From the IMG/VR virus record IMGVR_UViG_3300021475_000005: a DNA stretch of 64,000 nt; one strand, 5' to 3'. Each line of letters begins with the position of its first letter. The stretch's first letter is position 1. The position numbers were made by a program, and so were the translations under genes. The DNA comes from a virus. Its lineage: Duplodnaviria; Heunggongvirae; Uroviricota; Caudoviricetes. A model generated the notes under the pieces. It worked only from the letters and a program-made list of their open reading frames with translations, was not told the origin of the DNA and ran no database searches. Below are positions 37,102-48,111 of the stretch, piece after piece.

Positions 37102-37767
37102 TCAGTGTTCTTTCGTAGAGGAATCTTTAAAATAGTGGGACATCGCTTCGTGAAACGCAGACTCGATTTCCATACGCAGAGACAGGCTTTCGCCGGGCTG
37201 GCTCGCCTTTTCCATTGCATAACCGCTCGCGGCTTGCGCGAGCATTTCGCCGAATTTCTTGGCAGGGATGATCGCCGAGGTTCCGACAAAGCCTTCAATG
37301 CGCTCGTGATGGTTATGGCAGTCTGGACACTCGCCTTCTGTCGGCACGATCCATAGCGAAGCGACCTGTCTTGCGTCCTCACATTCTTCGACTTCGTTTG
37401 GCAACTCGATGCTGCCGGGATGATTGGCACCGTGTTCGGCAAAGTCGATCAACATCCGGTCGATGATGTCGATACCGGAAAGAATTCCGGCAGCATTCTT
37501 CATGAGAAGAGCAGCTTGTAGCTGGATTGCTTGTTCGCCTGTTACAAAAGGCGGAGGAGGCTCCATCGAAGAAAAATAAACTTTCACGATCTCGCATGCT
37601 AACGACGCCAGTGTCGTAACCCAGCTACGCATCAAAGGCATTTCTGTGGCATCGAGAGTCACAGAAAACATTTCCTGTGTGTCAGTACGTTTTCTTGAAA
37701 TACGTACGGTCTCGTTGAAACCTTCGACTGTTGCCTGTTCAGCTTTTTGTGGAATTTGTTTCGTCAT
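37102..37767 (-). CDS. Tandem DUF5076-like domain protein, paralogue of 51004-51714
   Basis: Two repeats of the E..R/S.W...W...LA.LA..I pattern; CxxC insert. Confidence 0.55.
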   Translation of the reverse strand: MTKQIPQKAEQATVEGFNETVRISRKRTDTQEMFSVTLDATEMPLMRSWVTTLASLACEIVKVYFSSMEPPPPFVTGEQAIQLQAALLMKNAAGILSGIDIIDRMLIDFAEHGANHPGSIELPNEVEECEDARQVASLWIVPTEGECPDCHNHHERIEGFVGTSAIIPAKKFGEMLAQAASGYAMEKASQPGESLSLRMEIESAFHEAMSHYFKDSSTKEH

Positions 37768-38392
37768 GGCTGCCCCTCTTAGAACCAGTTTGTGCAGGAA
37801 TCAGTGTGGCATATTCCGTATTGAAAGGGCAATTGGTTGCATACCAATCCGGAACATATTTTTGCACCCGTTTTGCCAGATCGATCATGCCTACGGGTGC
37901 AGTTTCCTCAAGGACGATCTCGTCTCCCGGACAGCGGGAAAAGCCGGGCGTGATTTGCTCAAGCTCGCATGCTGTCCAATAGGCGCTTAGGATCATCCAG
38001 CAGCGCTTGTCGGTCAAATTGACTGTCAAATCTTCCTTGCGCTGCGTACCGAGATGCGCCACGAGATGAAGCAGTCCCTGATCGTGCATCATATCGAAGC
38101 CGGAGACGCTCCGCGATTTGCACGCGATCATTCCAAGCCAGCATGAAGAATGGATGGCCGAGGCGAAGTTCCATTGATAGATGTGATCTGAGGGGAGCAG
38201 AACCGGATGCGGATATTCCCGCAAGATCATTTCACGCATTCCACGTTCGCCAATGAGTTCGTGGGCATGAGCGAGATCGCGCGCATACAGCGTCGTCTCG
38301 TAGCGCGCCGGAAGAAAATAAACTGTCGAGAATTGCATATTATCGAGACTCCTCGATAGGTTCGCCCTTGCGCTCGTAACAGCGCACGCCAT
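37739..38392 (-). CDS. Hypothetical protein, paralogue of 35643-36284
   Basis: Shared HxxCWLGMIA motif. Confidence 0.7.
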   Translation of the reverse strand: MACAVTSARANLSRSLDNMQFSTVYFLPARYETTLYARDLAHAHELIGERGMREMILREYPHPVLLPSDHIYQWNFASAIHSSCWLGMIACKSRSVSGFDMMHDQGLLHLVAHLGTQRKEDLTVNLTDKRCWMILSAYWTACELEQITPGFSRCPGDEIVLEETAPVGMIDLAKRVQKYVPDWYATNCPFNTEYATLIPAQTGSKRGSHDETNSTKS

Positions 38393-38488
38393 GCCAGTTA
38401 TGACAATGGCAGACCGGACAGTATGGATCGTTGCTGGAGTCCCGCATTTTCTTGTTCTCGTCTTCGTAAATTTCGTGATGCGTCCACA

Positions 38489-39685
38489 TCAGTTTGCCTC
38501 CACTACATAATCGTGATTGACCCAACCTAAACTTGCGTCACCGCGTTGCGCCTCGGCAATCCACCGAATTTTTTGCTCACAGCGTAAACAATACCCGACG
38601 CCATTCTCGACCAGTGTGGGAGCGTGGCGACATTGAATACCTTTTCCGTGTTCCATCGTGCGGAAGTGCCCGCGCACCAGATGTGCGCGATTTTTCCGAC
38701 GATCCGCAGCGGCTTTATTCAAACGTCTGTTGATGATTGCGAGATAATTTTCTTTCGGTAGTTTGAGAGTGATGACGTTGTGATCGAGATAAGGGACAGA
38801 TTTCCCGCGCTTGATTCGATGACCGTTTGCTGGAAAGTAGTGCTTGATTGTTGGTACCTGATTCATCATTGCAAGAATAGTGATGAGCCAGCGCATATTT
38901 CCTGCATTCTCCTCAAGCTCGATGCGTGTTTGATTCGAAACCTCTATAGCAAGATTAGGATGCTCGGATCGAGGAGTACGAATTGTATGTTGTCGTAGAA
39001 TTTCACGCTTCATTTGAGAAAGCATGAAAGTTAGACGATTTTCAAATTCCGGATGGACCGTTAGTGATTCATCGGGAAGTCTAAAACCCAGACTAATATG
39101 CGCCAATTTTTTTATATGATCCTCGTTGCCAAAACCATACCAAGAGCCTTCTTTTGACTCCCATGGTGGCCCCGGATGAAGAACTTTATAGCTTGGACCT
39201 TCGGGAGCAAAGAAATAAGAATTTCCTCCGACCGCAACAGGTTCCGGGAAATTCGGGTCGTCATCGCCTAAGTCGTAGAACTCAGTCATCGCCCAGACGC
39301 CGGTCTCTTCGTCCAGTGTTTCGCATAGCATCCCAATTCTGAGGCATGCTTCTTGTGGATCGCATTGATGCAGAAGAGTACCAAGATCGCGGCATGTGGC
39401 GATTTTAGCGCGTCCATCGAATTCTATCCACATTTTTCTATAAGGTAGCCTAGCGATATTGGCCCACTTTTTGACTTGATCGAAATCCATAGAAGCTTCA
39501 GTCGATTTCTTGACAAAATCGTCATCGAGATAAAAACGTTGCGACTGCCGTAGCTGTTGGCGATATTGAAATAGAATATGCTCAGCCTCTTTTGAATTTT
39601 CAATAAGCGCAGATTCGGCGGAAACAGCACGACTATATGTCCACCGATGTACGTCATCATAAAGAAGAACGTCAGGTTTAGGCAT
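38489..39685 (-). CDS. Conserved large-phage hypothetical protein
   Basis: 398 aa with C-terminal RAHLVRGHFR...RGDASLGWVNHDY motif. Confidence 0.7.
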   Translation of the reverse strand: MPKPDVLLYDDVHRWTYSRAVSAESALIENSKEAEHILFQYRQQLRQSQRFYLDDDFVKKSTEASMDFDQVKKWANIARLPYRKMWIEFDGRAKIATCRDLGTLLHQCDPQEACLRIGMLCETLDEETGVWAMTEFYDLGDDDPNFPEPVAVGGNSYFFAPEGPSYKVLHPGPPWESKEGSWYGFGNEDHIKKLAHISLGFRLPDESLTVHPEFENRLTFMLSQMKREILRQHTIRTPRSEHPNLAIEVSNQTRIELEENAGNMRWLITILAMMNQVPTIKHYFPANGHRIKRGKSVPYLDHNVITLKLPKENYLAIINRRLNKAAADRRKNRAHLVRGHFRTMEHGKGIQCRHAPTLVENGVGYCLRCEQKIRWIAEAQRGDASLGWVNHDYVVEAN

Positions 39686-41095
39686 CAGGCTATGAACTCC
39701 TCAAGCGCCTTCACGAGAACCGGAACCCGACGATCACTGGTTTGAAGCGTTCCTAATCCATCCGTTTCGAGAATGTCGTGCGCCTCAGTCAAAACCTCCT
39801 TGAAGAGAGCAGATATCTTCTCCAGCTTTGGCAGGCTGCCTGCACCGAGAATGATTCGCGCGCCTTCGAGACGCCCGACATACTCCATGCGATATTCACG
39901 GTCGTAAGTCGAACATTCGTATGCGTCGCGCACCATCTGATAGACGACGTGCCGGAGGTAATCGCCGTCACCGGCAGCCCGACATTTCGCCAATGCGACT
40001 TGAAGCTCCTTGAGCAACTTGCGCCGGAGATTGTACGCAGCTTCGCGCTGTGTCTTCAGTGTGTCGTCATTCATTCGCTGGCGTCCATATAAAAACCTTC
40101 ATCCTGATAATCGGCGAACTCGTGATCGGGCGCGTCGAATTCCTCTTCGCGTGCGCCGCTCGCATCCAGTTCGCGCGCAATGCGGTCCTTCAAGTCTTGT
40201 GGCATGCGCACGACTTGCGAAGGAACGGAAAGATCGGGCAACATTCGATCCAGCAACTCCGGATCGTGCTTGATCTCGCCATTCAATTCGCGGGTCAGGA
40301 TCGCCAGATGGGGCTTCCAGTATGGAAATTTCGTGAAGGGATAAACCTGATGACGACGGCGATGGTCGAATGCATTGATGAGAAGGCGGATCGCGACTTT
40401 GCGATCAGGGGCTTTCAGAGCGCCTTCTGTCCATCCCAGCGCCGCGCGGCCTGTATAGAACAGGGCATGTAAAGCGCTCCGGAATGTGTCTGTGTGACGC
40501 TTCTCGATGCTGCCTTGAAGAATGGAACCGTCTTTGGTCTTTCGAATTATGCGGAGAAGCCGGTGAAAATGCCGAAAACGTTCGCGGGGTGTGAAGATAT
40601 CGAGTTCCGCTGCTGTCGTCATGGTGGCCTCCCGTGTTCGTGTGGATGGGTATTAGCCTATGCCGAAGTGATTGTCAACTCGCGCACGCCAGTAAGGAAG
40701 CGTTAATCCTTTTCGGTCTCATGGATTGCAAGCTCTACCAGTAGCCCTTGAATGACATCATGGGCTTCATTCAGCAATCGACGCGAAACAACGTCTCGTC
40801 CATGGGTTTCCATCTTGGTGCCGCTTGAGGCGTACTTGAGTTCGTTCAGGACTTTTGGAATTAAACCTTCGGGAGCGCCTTGGGCGGTTAGAAGTGCCAC
40901 GACCATTCGTTCGGCGTACCGGCACATTTCGCGATGATCGGCATATTCTGGGTTCGTCCACATCTTCTCGCAAAGATCGGCGACAATCTTTGGGTTGGCT
41001 GCCATGACGCCTGTACGACCGAGATTCCACACGGTCATTGCATCGGAAATACACTCCGCGATACTACGAGTCATTATTCTACCTCCTCGAACCAA
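39685..41095 (-). other. Three hypothetical ORFs
   Basis: 39685-40074, 40071-40622 and 40703-41095. Confidence 0.6.
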
Positions 41096-41484
41096 AGCGG
41101 TATGTCGTAATTGATCGTCAGTTCTTCGCCGATCTTAATGTCCCGTTTGGCGAACACGAGAATCAGATGGGAAGAGAAATTTCGCTGCAATCTAACATTC
41201 GAGTTTTTCGAATGATTGTACAGCGAGAGATATCCAAGTCCGATTGCAAATGCCTTCGCAGGGTCGCCATCCTCAAGTTCGGCTTCCCATGAAAAGCTAT
41301 AATCATCCAGTGCGCCTCCAACAGCGACTTCATGCGGGATCGGAATGACGGGAGATACCTCGATCAATTCACGGTCGGTAATAGCGGCTGCTGCAATGAC
41401 TCCACGTCCCTTCTTAGGAATCGCTGCCCATGCAAGTTTCTTCGGCATTGGAGACTCAATTAGGAGTGTCGGTGGATAAGACAC
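41074..41484 (-). CDS. SET-domain protein-lysine methyltransferase
   Basis: KGRGVIA...SLYNHSKNSN...AKRDIKIGEELTINY: the SET signature motifs. Confidence 0.9.
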   Translation of the reverse strand: MSYPPTLLIESPMPKKLAWAAIPKKGRGVIAAAAITDRELIEVSPVIPIPHEVAVGGALDDYSFSWEAELEDGDPAKAFAIGLGYLSLYNHSKNSNVRLQRNFSSHLILVFAKRDIKIGEELTINYDIPLWFEEVE

Positions 41485-42131
41485 TGACCCTGAGTAACTG
41501 TCAATATCGGTGACTCGCCTTCATCAAAGCGAGCCACCGATTTATACGGTTAGGCGACCTTTTGTTCGGAATAGGGTGCCATGAAAAGCTGACGCCCTTC
41601 GACAACCTTCCACTGGCTCCATGAGAAGCCACGTGGCGGACGGTGCCCTTGTCGGGGCGCGCAATAGAGGTTGCCTTCGATAGAGTAAAGCGCGACCTGA
41701 GAATAGATTTCAGGCTTGTGCCGGGAGGTCTTCACCTCGTGCAAATCCCGAGACAGGACCGTTGCGATGAGTTCGGCTGCTGATTTCATCATGCTGTAGT
41801 ACTCCTATGTGTGCTGCGATGGCTTCGATATCGCGTGTGAGGAAGCCGTGATAATCTACCGTATCCTTCCTTATGACCCGGTAGAAACTGGTTCGAGTTC
41901 GGCCTATTCTGACGCGCCAGAGTGTTCCGGGCAAGTGCATCACATGATAAGACGCAAATGTCCTTAATTCTCGAACCCAAGTCAGTGGGCGTCGATAGAC
42001 ATGTGTCACGGATGGTGCCGGTATTTTGAGATCACGCACGCCTTTGTCACGAACATTTTTGGTATGCTTCCAACCCTCGGCATGCAGCAGATCGACGACG
42101 GCGAGCGCCGATATGATAACGCGGGGAAGGA

Positions 42132-42572
42132 TCACGGCTGCGTTTCCTCGCATACGGCGCGTATGGTTACGCCGTAACATGTAATCAAGCGTGCCCGGCG
42201 AATACATTTCGGGTATGCGATAGCGACTTTGCCGGACGGTAGGGCAAAGCCAGAGCAATCGCTTTCAAAGATTTCGACTGGCTTTGGATAAGCGTTGAGC
42301 CAGAGGTGTCCAATGGCGCTGCTTTCGTAATAGCCTTCGAAATTCTCCTTGAGCCATTCGAACATTGGATGACGCGTTGCGTGTGTCGGTCGTTCCGGCA
42401 CGACGAGATCGACATCCTTGGCCTCTTCATGGATATAAGGCCACGATCCGACGATAACACAGCGCGGGTGAAGTGCGCGCAAGATGATAGGCGTGAAGAT
42501 GGCATCCCGCCGCTCGGCTTCTCGCATGAGGCCGGGGAAATCACTGAGGGCATCGGCGATCTGGATAGCCAT
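42132..42572 (-). CDS. Minimal nucleotidyltransferase-like protein
   Basis: VIVGS...KDVDLVV (hG[GS]x9-13DxD) motif. Confidence 0.6.
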   Translation of the reverse strand: MAIQIADALSDFPGLMREAERRDAIFTPIILRALHPRCVIVGSWPYIHEEAKDVDLVVPERPTHATRHPMFEWLKENFEGYYESSAIGHLWLNAYPKPVEIFESDCSGFALPSGKVAIAYPKCIRRARLITCYGVTIRAVCEETQP

Positions 42573-43073
42573 TATTTCTTCTTCTCGATGGAGAATGCGA
42601 TTCCATCGTTACTGGCATAAAAGGATTCCACAGTCTCACCTTCTTTCAGTTCTCCCGAGTGTAGCAGAATCTCTTCCAAACGTTTCCATCCGGTAAAGCC
42701 TTGCAGACCACTGATGCCACCGAAGTGAGGATAACCGGATTGGTTGTTTTTGAGATCAACGCGAATACCCATCACATTGTCCTCGCAAAGGCGCGGCCAC
42801 CACCAATGGTGCGAGGAAGTTTCGCAAGATCGGCTTTTGTGGCGCGCTCGATATACTGCGAAAATAAAACAGCCTGATATTTCTTCGGAACATGCACCAT
42901 AAATTTCTTAGCGCCGATACGCTGAAAGACATGGGCGCTAAGTGTTACGGAAAGAGCGCCGCTCCTTGTGACGTGTTTGACCTTGGCGAGGCGAATATTG
43001 ACGAGACGCTTGCGGCAGCCATTGGAGAAAGCTTTGAGTTTGACCTCTTCGCCGACTTTTGGGGTCCATTCCT

Positions 43074-43337
43074 TCATTCGCCCTCTTCCTCTTCCGCGCA
43101 GTATTCACAATCGAGATCGCAACACCCGGCTTCATGAAGCTCTTCGTCAGACATCCTGACATCATCTTCGTCCAGCACCTCACCTTCACCGTCACAGACA
43201 GAGCAAGCTCGATCCTCGCATTTGGTGCAGATCATGCGCTTGCTTTTTGGATCAATGATCCAGCCGGTGCCATTGCAAGCCGTGCAGTCAGGATGCTCCT
43301 GTCCGGTGCCGTCACAATGTTCGCAAGGTTCGCTCAT
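43074..43337 (-). CDS. DnaJ-type zinc-finger protein
   Basis: Three CxxCxGxG repeats plus an acidic Cys-rich tail. Confidence 0.65.
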   Translation of the reverse strand: MSEPCEHCDGTGQEHPDCTACNGTGWIIDPKSKRMICTKCEDRACSVCDGEGEVLDEDDVRMSDEELHEAGCCDLDCEYCAEEEEGE

Positions 43338-44639
43338 GAGGCCTTCCTAAACTGGCTGGCGCGGGTTGTCAACCGACTTTTCCGGCTGGTGACGCCATTA
43401 TGGCGCACAAATTTGGTCATGAATTTTCCTGTCTAAAATCTTCGCGTTCCAGAATGGCGTAGTCGATATATTCGATTAACTCCACATTCGACATGCGATT
43501 GATTTCTTCGATGCAGAGCGCCCGAATTGTTTCATGACTACCGGGATTTCTGGCATGACGTGCTCGCAGACGAGCCACAATGCGTTCAAGCAGGGACACT
43601 TTCCGTCTCCTTCACTCCGCGCATCACAGCTAGAAAAGGAAGCGCCCATGCCGATGCGATCCTGCCGTCCGGGCGACGCTTCAACCAAATTCGTCCGCCG
43701 CCAAAGCCGCAATCAAGTGTATGATCGCGTGTTGCCTCTTTTATCAGCGCTGTGAATTCATCCGATGTAAGATAAACCGTGTCGTCATGTGGCATGTTCT
43801 GGTTCTCCTTCGATATCGACGATATCGAGAATACCCTCGATCAACGTCAGCGTGAATAATGGACCTGATTTTTCTTCCGTACTTCCGTCTAGTTCCCTCG
43901 CGACATCGAGACGTTTGAAAACTTCCTCCATCCGTGCATCGAGCGGATGTGGATGATCGATGCCGCTCAACTTCATGGTGCAGTACATAATGAATTCTTC
44001 GAGCGGAATTTTGCTCATCTCGAATCTCTCATGATGCCGAGAATTTGTTCGGAAATCGCATAGCCGAAGATCGCCGCCAAAGCGCAATCGGTCAGTGTGC
44101 GTGTCTTGTCCGGGCAAACCACGAGAAGACTTCCAACGTCATAAGCCACGAGCATGAGAAGAGCGCCTATAAAGACGATCATGCAGAGTCTCGTTTGATG
44201 CTTGCTAAGAAATGTCATGGAGTTTTTCTGCTTTGACAAGGACACGGGATGTATGAGGATGCGGTTGTGCCCAACTCGGTACGTCGTCGTGATGGAAGAT
44301 TCCAGCGCATTCCCATTTTCCTTTGAAAAGATAACAGGATGCGAGGCCGTCCTCGATATCGACGGTGTAGCTGACCTTGATCGTTTCGGAATAGTCGGGA
44401 AAGACGATTTTGTAGCGAGCAATAATCTTGCGTCGGCTCGATGGAGCACGCTCTCCTCGCTTCGGGTCTTTCCACTTTCGAGTCACGGGTAGCGCCAGTG
44501 CATGTACGCCATTGCCGCCTCCAGCGTGCGGCGCGATCCGTGCCATATATCATCCTTGTACATGTCATACAAGATGACACCTCCGTCCTTATCGAGGACA
44601 GGGATGAATTGGATGGAGGGGTCCAAGAAGTCATGAAAT

Positions 44640-46118
44640 TCAGACATTAGGTCGCCTTTTAATGAACGGATGGAATATTTCAGGCCTCTCCAATGCCACT
44701 GTCGTCATTTTCGCGCCGATCTCCGTTAAGGCGTCGTAGTATGCCTCGCTGAGATGATTTCCGGATTTCTCATGTGCGAATTCATGGATGATCAGCGTGT
44801 TGATCACTTCCAACGGGCCTTCGAACCATTCCTCGCCGAGCCGTCCTACATTGAAGCTGATCGTGCGCGATCCATACGTCGCGATTGCGGAGACTGTAGG
44901 ATTATTGAAGATTTGTACTTTGAGGTCGTTAATGCCGATGAGGTACGGCGCGAGACGCCGACAAAGTTGAGCTACCAGACGCTCCCCAAACTTCCACTCA
45001 CTCTCCGGAATCGTTATACGCGGAATCGTCGTATCAGGTCGCGATGGCGTCACTTTACCAGCAGGCAGGATAGCTCCAGCCCGGCGCATGACATCCCATT
45101 CGGCTTTCGACATCGATCCGCCGTGGATAACCTGATAGCCCTTCGTCACTGCGATATTGTTGGCTTCCTGATCGCTTGGATCAAAGGAGACACGGTTCTT
45201 ACCGAAGCGAAGATCGGCAATTCGTAAAATTGTTTCATCACTGAGATCGTCGCCCTGCTCTTGAATGGCGATCTTGACCCAATGTTCATTCACCTCCTCT
45301 GCGGTAAGTCGATATTTCATATGTTCGACCGTAAGGGCGTGAATTCGCGCCAGATAGGATGGCGTCACGTTGTCCCGCTCGAAAGTCAATGGCACTTTTT
45401 GATGCACATTGACATGAAATGGTCCATCAATCTCTACGACCGGAATGCCCATTTCGTAAAGACAGGCCTGCCGCCCATAAGTGGAGTGAAGCGTGACGAC
45501 GGTTTTGCGCTGTGTCCGGCGCATATTTCCTTCCGCGTCCGCAATTTCGGTTGGAAGAGATTCTTCGAACTGTGCTTCGATTGGAAAATCGTTCAGAATT
45601 TCCGTTGTGCTGCCATCGATCCAGAAACTCGTCTGAACGCCCACGGGAGGAATGAGAAGCGACATCGCCTTACGACAATCGTGCATCTCCTCATCTGTCA
45701 TTTTGAGTTCGCCATAAAAGATGGAACCGGTTTCTGTGGTATCTCGTCCCCGACGACGCCCATCTTCGTCGAAATACACTGCGCCTGTTGTGGAACGTAT
45801 TGAAGCCTTTCGGCAGAGAGCCAGAACGAGTTTTTCGCCGAGATTGAAACGCCCACGCTTCTCGGCATTTCCCTTCTTATTCGATTCGGCAAATAAGGTG
45901 AAAGCGTGAGAGAGATCGGCAAAGCCGTCTGGATTGTCGTCCGAAACTGTCAACGAAACGTAAGGTGATCCGGGAATACGCTTGATACGGACATCAACAC
46001 GTTTGGTCTTTTCGTCCCACGCATTCTGGATGAGTTCATGAACGATGAATTGTTTGCCCTTTCGTTCGAGGAGCTTCGCCAGACCAGCCTTATCGACATC
46101 GAACCACTGCATGTTCAA
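44640..46118 (-). CDS. GHKL ATPase fused to a C-terminal HExxH domain
   Basis: HELIQNAWDE, DDNPDGF, RGRFNLGEK, TG; C-terminal LIIHEFAHE..GNH. Confidence 0.75.
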   Translation of the reverse strand: MNMQWFDVDKAGLAKLLERKGKQFIVHELIQNAWDEKTKRVDVRIKRIPGSPYVSLTVSDDNPDGFADLSHAFTLFAESNKKGNAEKRGRFNLGEKLVLALCRKASIRSTTGAVYFDEDGRRRGRDTTETGSIFYGELKMTDEEMHDCRKAMSLLIPPVGVQTSFWIDGSTTEILNDFPIEAQFEESLPTEIADAEGNMRRTQRKTVVTLHSTYGRQACLYEMGIPVVEIDGPFHVNVHQKVPLTFERDNVTPSYLARIHALTVEHMKYRLTAEEVNEHWVKIAIQEQGDDLSDETILRIADLRFGKNRVSFDPSDQEANNIAVTKGYQVIHGGSMSKAEWDVMRRAGAILPAGKVTPSRPDTTIPRITIPESEWKFGERLVAQLCRRLAPYLIGINDLKVQIFNNPTVSAIATYGSRTISFNVGRLGEEWFEGPLEVINTLIIHEFAHEKSGNHLSEAYYDALTEIGAKMTTVALERPEIFHPFIKRRPNV

Positions 46119-46525
46119 GCCTCGTCGGCGGATTGTGGAGCTTCTTCGAGATTCTCGATATGATCGGTATCGAGCAGTTCGATTTCTTCGGGAAACTCGA
46201 TATCGATCTCATCGAGTCCGAATCCGAGTTCTTCCCAATGATCTTTCCAAGAATTGGCAGCCTGCCCTCGGTCGCCTTCGAGCCAGCGTTCGGACCTTTC
46301 CGAAAGGTCGCTGTCAGCCTGCGCCGCCACGTCCTGCGCGAATGAACGGGCATCATCGAGAACCTCGTTGTATTTGTCTTTTGCATCGACGACAGCTTCC
46401 ACCATATCGGCGAGCTTTTCATTATAGGCGATGATCTCGTCTTCGAGCTTTGTGTGAGCCGCTTTGAGCGCGACAAGGATCATGTCGCGCGCCTTGATTT
46501 CGTCTCGGGTCAGTTTGAATGGCAT
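46115..46525 (-). CDS. Acidic coiled-coil hypothetical protein
   Basis: ORF with its own TTGACA promoter (46579-46574). Confidence 0.65.
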   Translation of the reverse strand: MPFKLTRDEIKARDMILVALKAAHTKLEDEIIAYNEKLADMVEAVVDAKDKYNEVLDDARSFAQDVAAQADSDLSERSERWLEGDRGQAANSWKDHWEELGFGLDEIDIEFPEEIELLDTDHIENLEEAPQSADEA

Positions 46526-46796
46526 CAGCGTCTCCTCGTCAGTGTTTCTCTACCTAGCAAAGCCGGAAGGCATTGTCAACCCGCGCACGCCAGCCCCCAC
46601 TAAGTCTCCTCGCGGAAAAGAAAAACCAGCGAAATGGGCAATGCAATGGCAATTGGTACGATCCACTGTGTTTGCACGATTTCGATCACCACACTCCATG
46701 GATACCACGGGGTGAGATAATGCTTGCCGAGCAGGATCAGAAGCCAGCAGATAGTGCAGACAAAGATCGTCTCGATAATATGAGAAATTCGTAGAT

Positions 46797-48111
46797 TCAC
46801 GCTGCCCACCCTTTTCTAACGTATTCGTTGAGATCGTAATAAGCAGCATCACAACTCATCGGCGCGATCTCCTTCAAGACATCATGGAGAGCTTTCACAT
46901 CGGACGAGCCCGGCAATGTATGTTTGCAGAGACGATTGTCCTGCCAAACTTTCTGACCGATAACGACCGATATAATGCCGCCTTTGTACATATTGATCTT
47001 AGAAGGATTTGGAAAATCCTTATCCCACTTCGGAGGCAAGATCGTCACAAGAAATCCTGTCGCTGTTCCTAGTGCAACACCAATTTCACACCAATGTTGG
47101 TCATCGAACCATGTTGCTTCGACAGGCATCACTTGTTTGATAATTTCCATATAGCGAATCATTTTCTGTTTCGCGTTCGGAGCGCCGCACATCATCGCCG
47201 TCGTTGCGGCAATCGCAAATGCATGCGCGATGATTGGTGCATCCGTCAAATCGAATTCGAGTGTCCGTTTGAGACGATTATTATCAGTCATCGAAAAGCT
47301 CCAATTCGGTAATTGAAGTTTGCAAAGTGCCCGGCACCGCAGATTCTAATTGCTCCTCGTCACAGCACTTCTCTTCGAACTCTGGAATGTATCGTTCAGC
47401 AACCGAACGATCTGTAAAGATCGTTTTGCTCATCATACGGAATTTCCAACCGTTTCGACTTTCTCCTATCGCGTAAAGTTGAAATGCAGGGCGAGAATTG
47501 TTCATCCCATTGCCTCATGCTCAGCTTCAAGCGCCCGTATCGCACCTTCCGGCGTCTTGAAATAACGCACATGTCCGTTTTTTCCAATTGTGAAGAATCC
47601 GCGAACACAAATGGTCCAGCGAGATTTCTTTACTTGACGTTCATCTTCCCATGTCCAGTATCTGGACTCACAGATGTACGCTTCATAGCGCGGATTGCGA
47701 TATTGGAATTGCGTACCGATCCTGTCCCGGTCGAACAATTTCCATTCGCCAATATCTGGAAGAGGATCACGTGGCATCTCAGAAACTGCCCCGGTTTGTG
47801 GAGCGCCGATTGGAGGCTAGTCGCTTTTTCTTGGGGATTGGACCTCCGATCCCACGATTGTGCATCTCGATTCCATGGTCATTCAGATCGCGAAGACCGT
47901 CTGCATCGATAGCCATTTTGCCAAGGTATGGAGACATTCTATTGATGATGGAATCGGCGCGGATGAGGAGACGGCGAAGAGATTCAACCTCCATGACCAG
48001 TCCTTCGATTTTGTTGACTGCCACCATCATAATGGAGTCTATCTCACGACGTTTGTCTGTGAGATTTGTTGCGAGCACGAGAGCAGCTTCGAGCGTATCA
48101 TCCTTCATCAT
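46797..48111 (-). other. Four small hypothetical ORFs
   Basis: 46797-47291, 47284-47505, 47502-47777 and 47779-48111. Confidence 0.55.
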
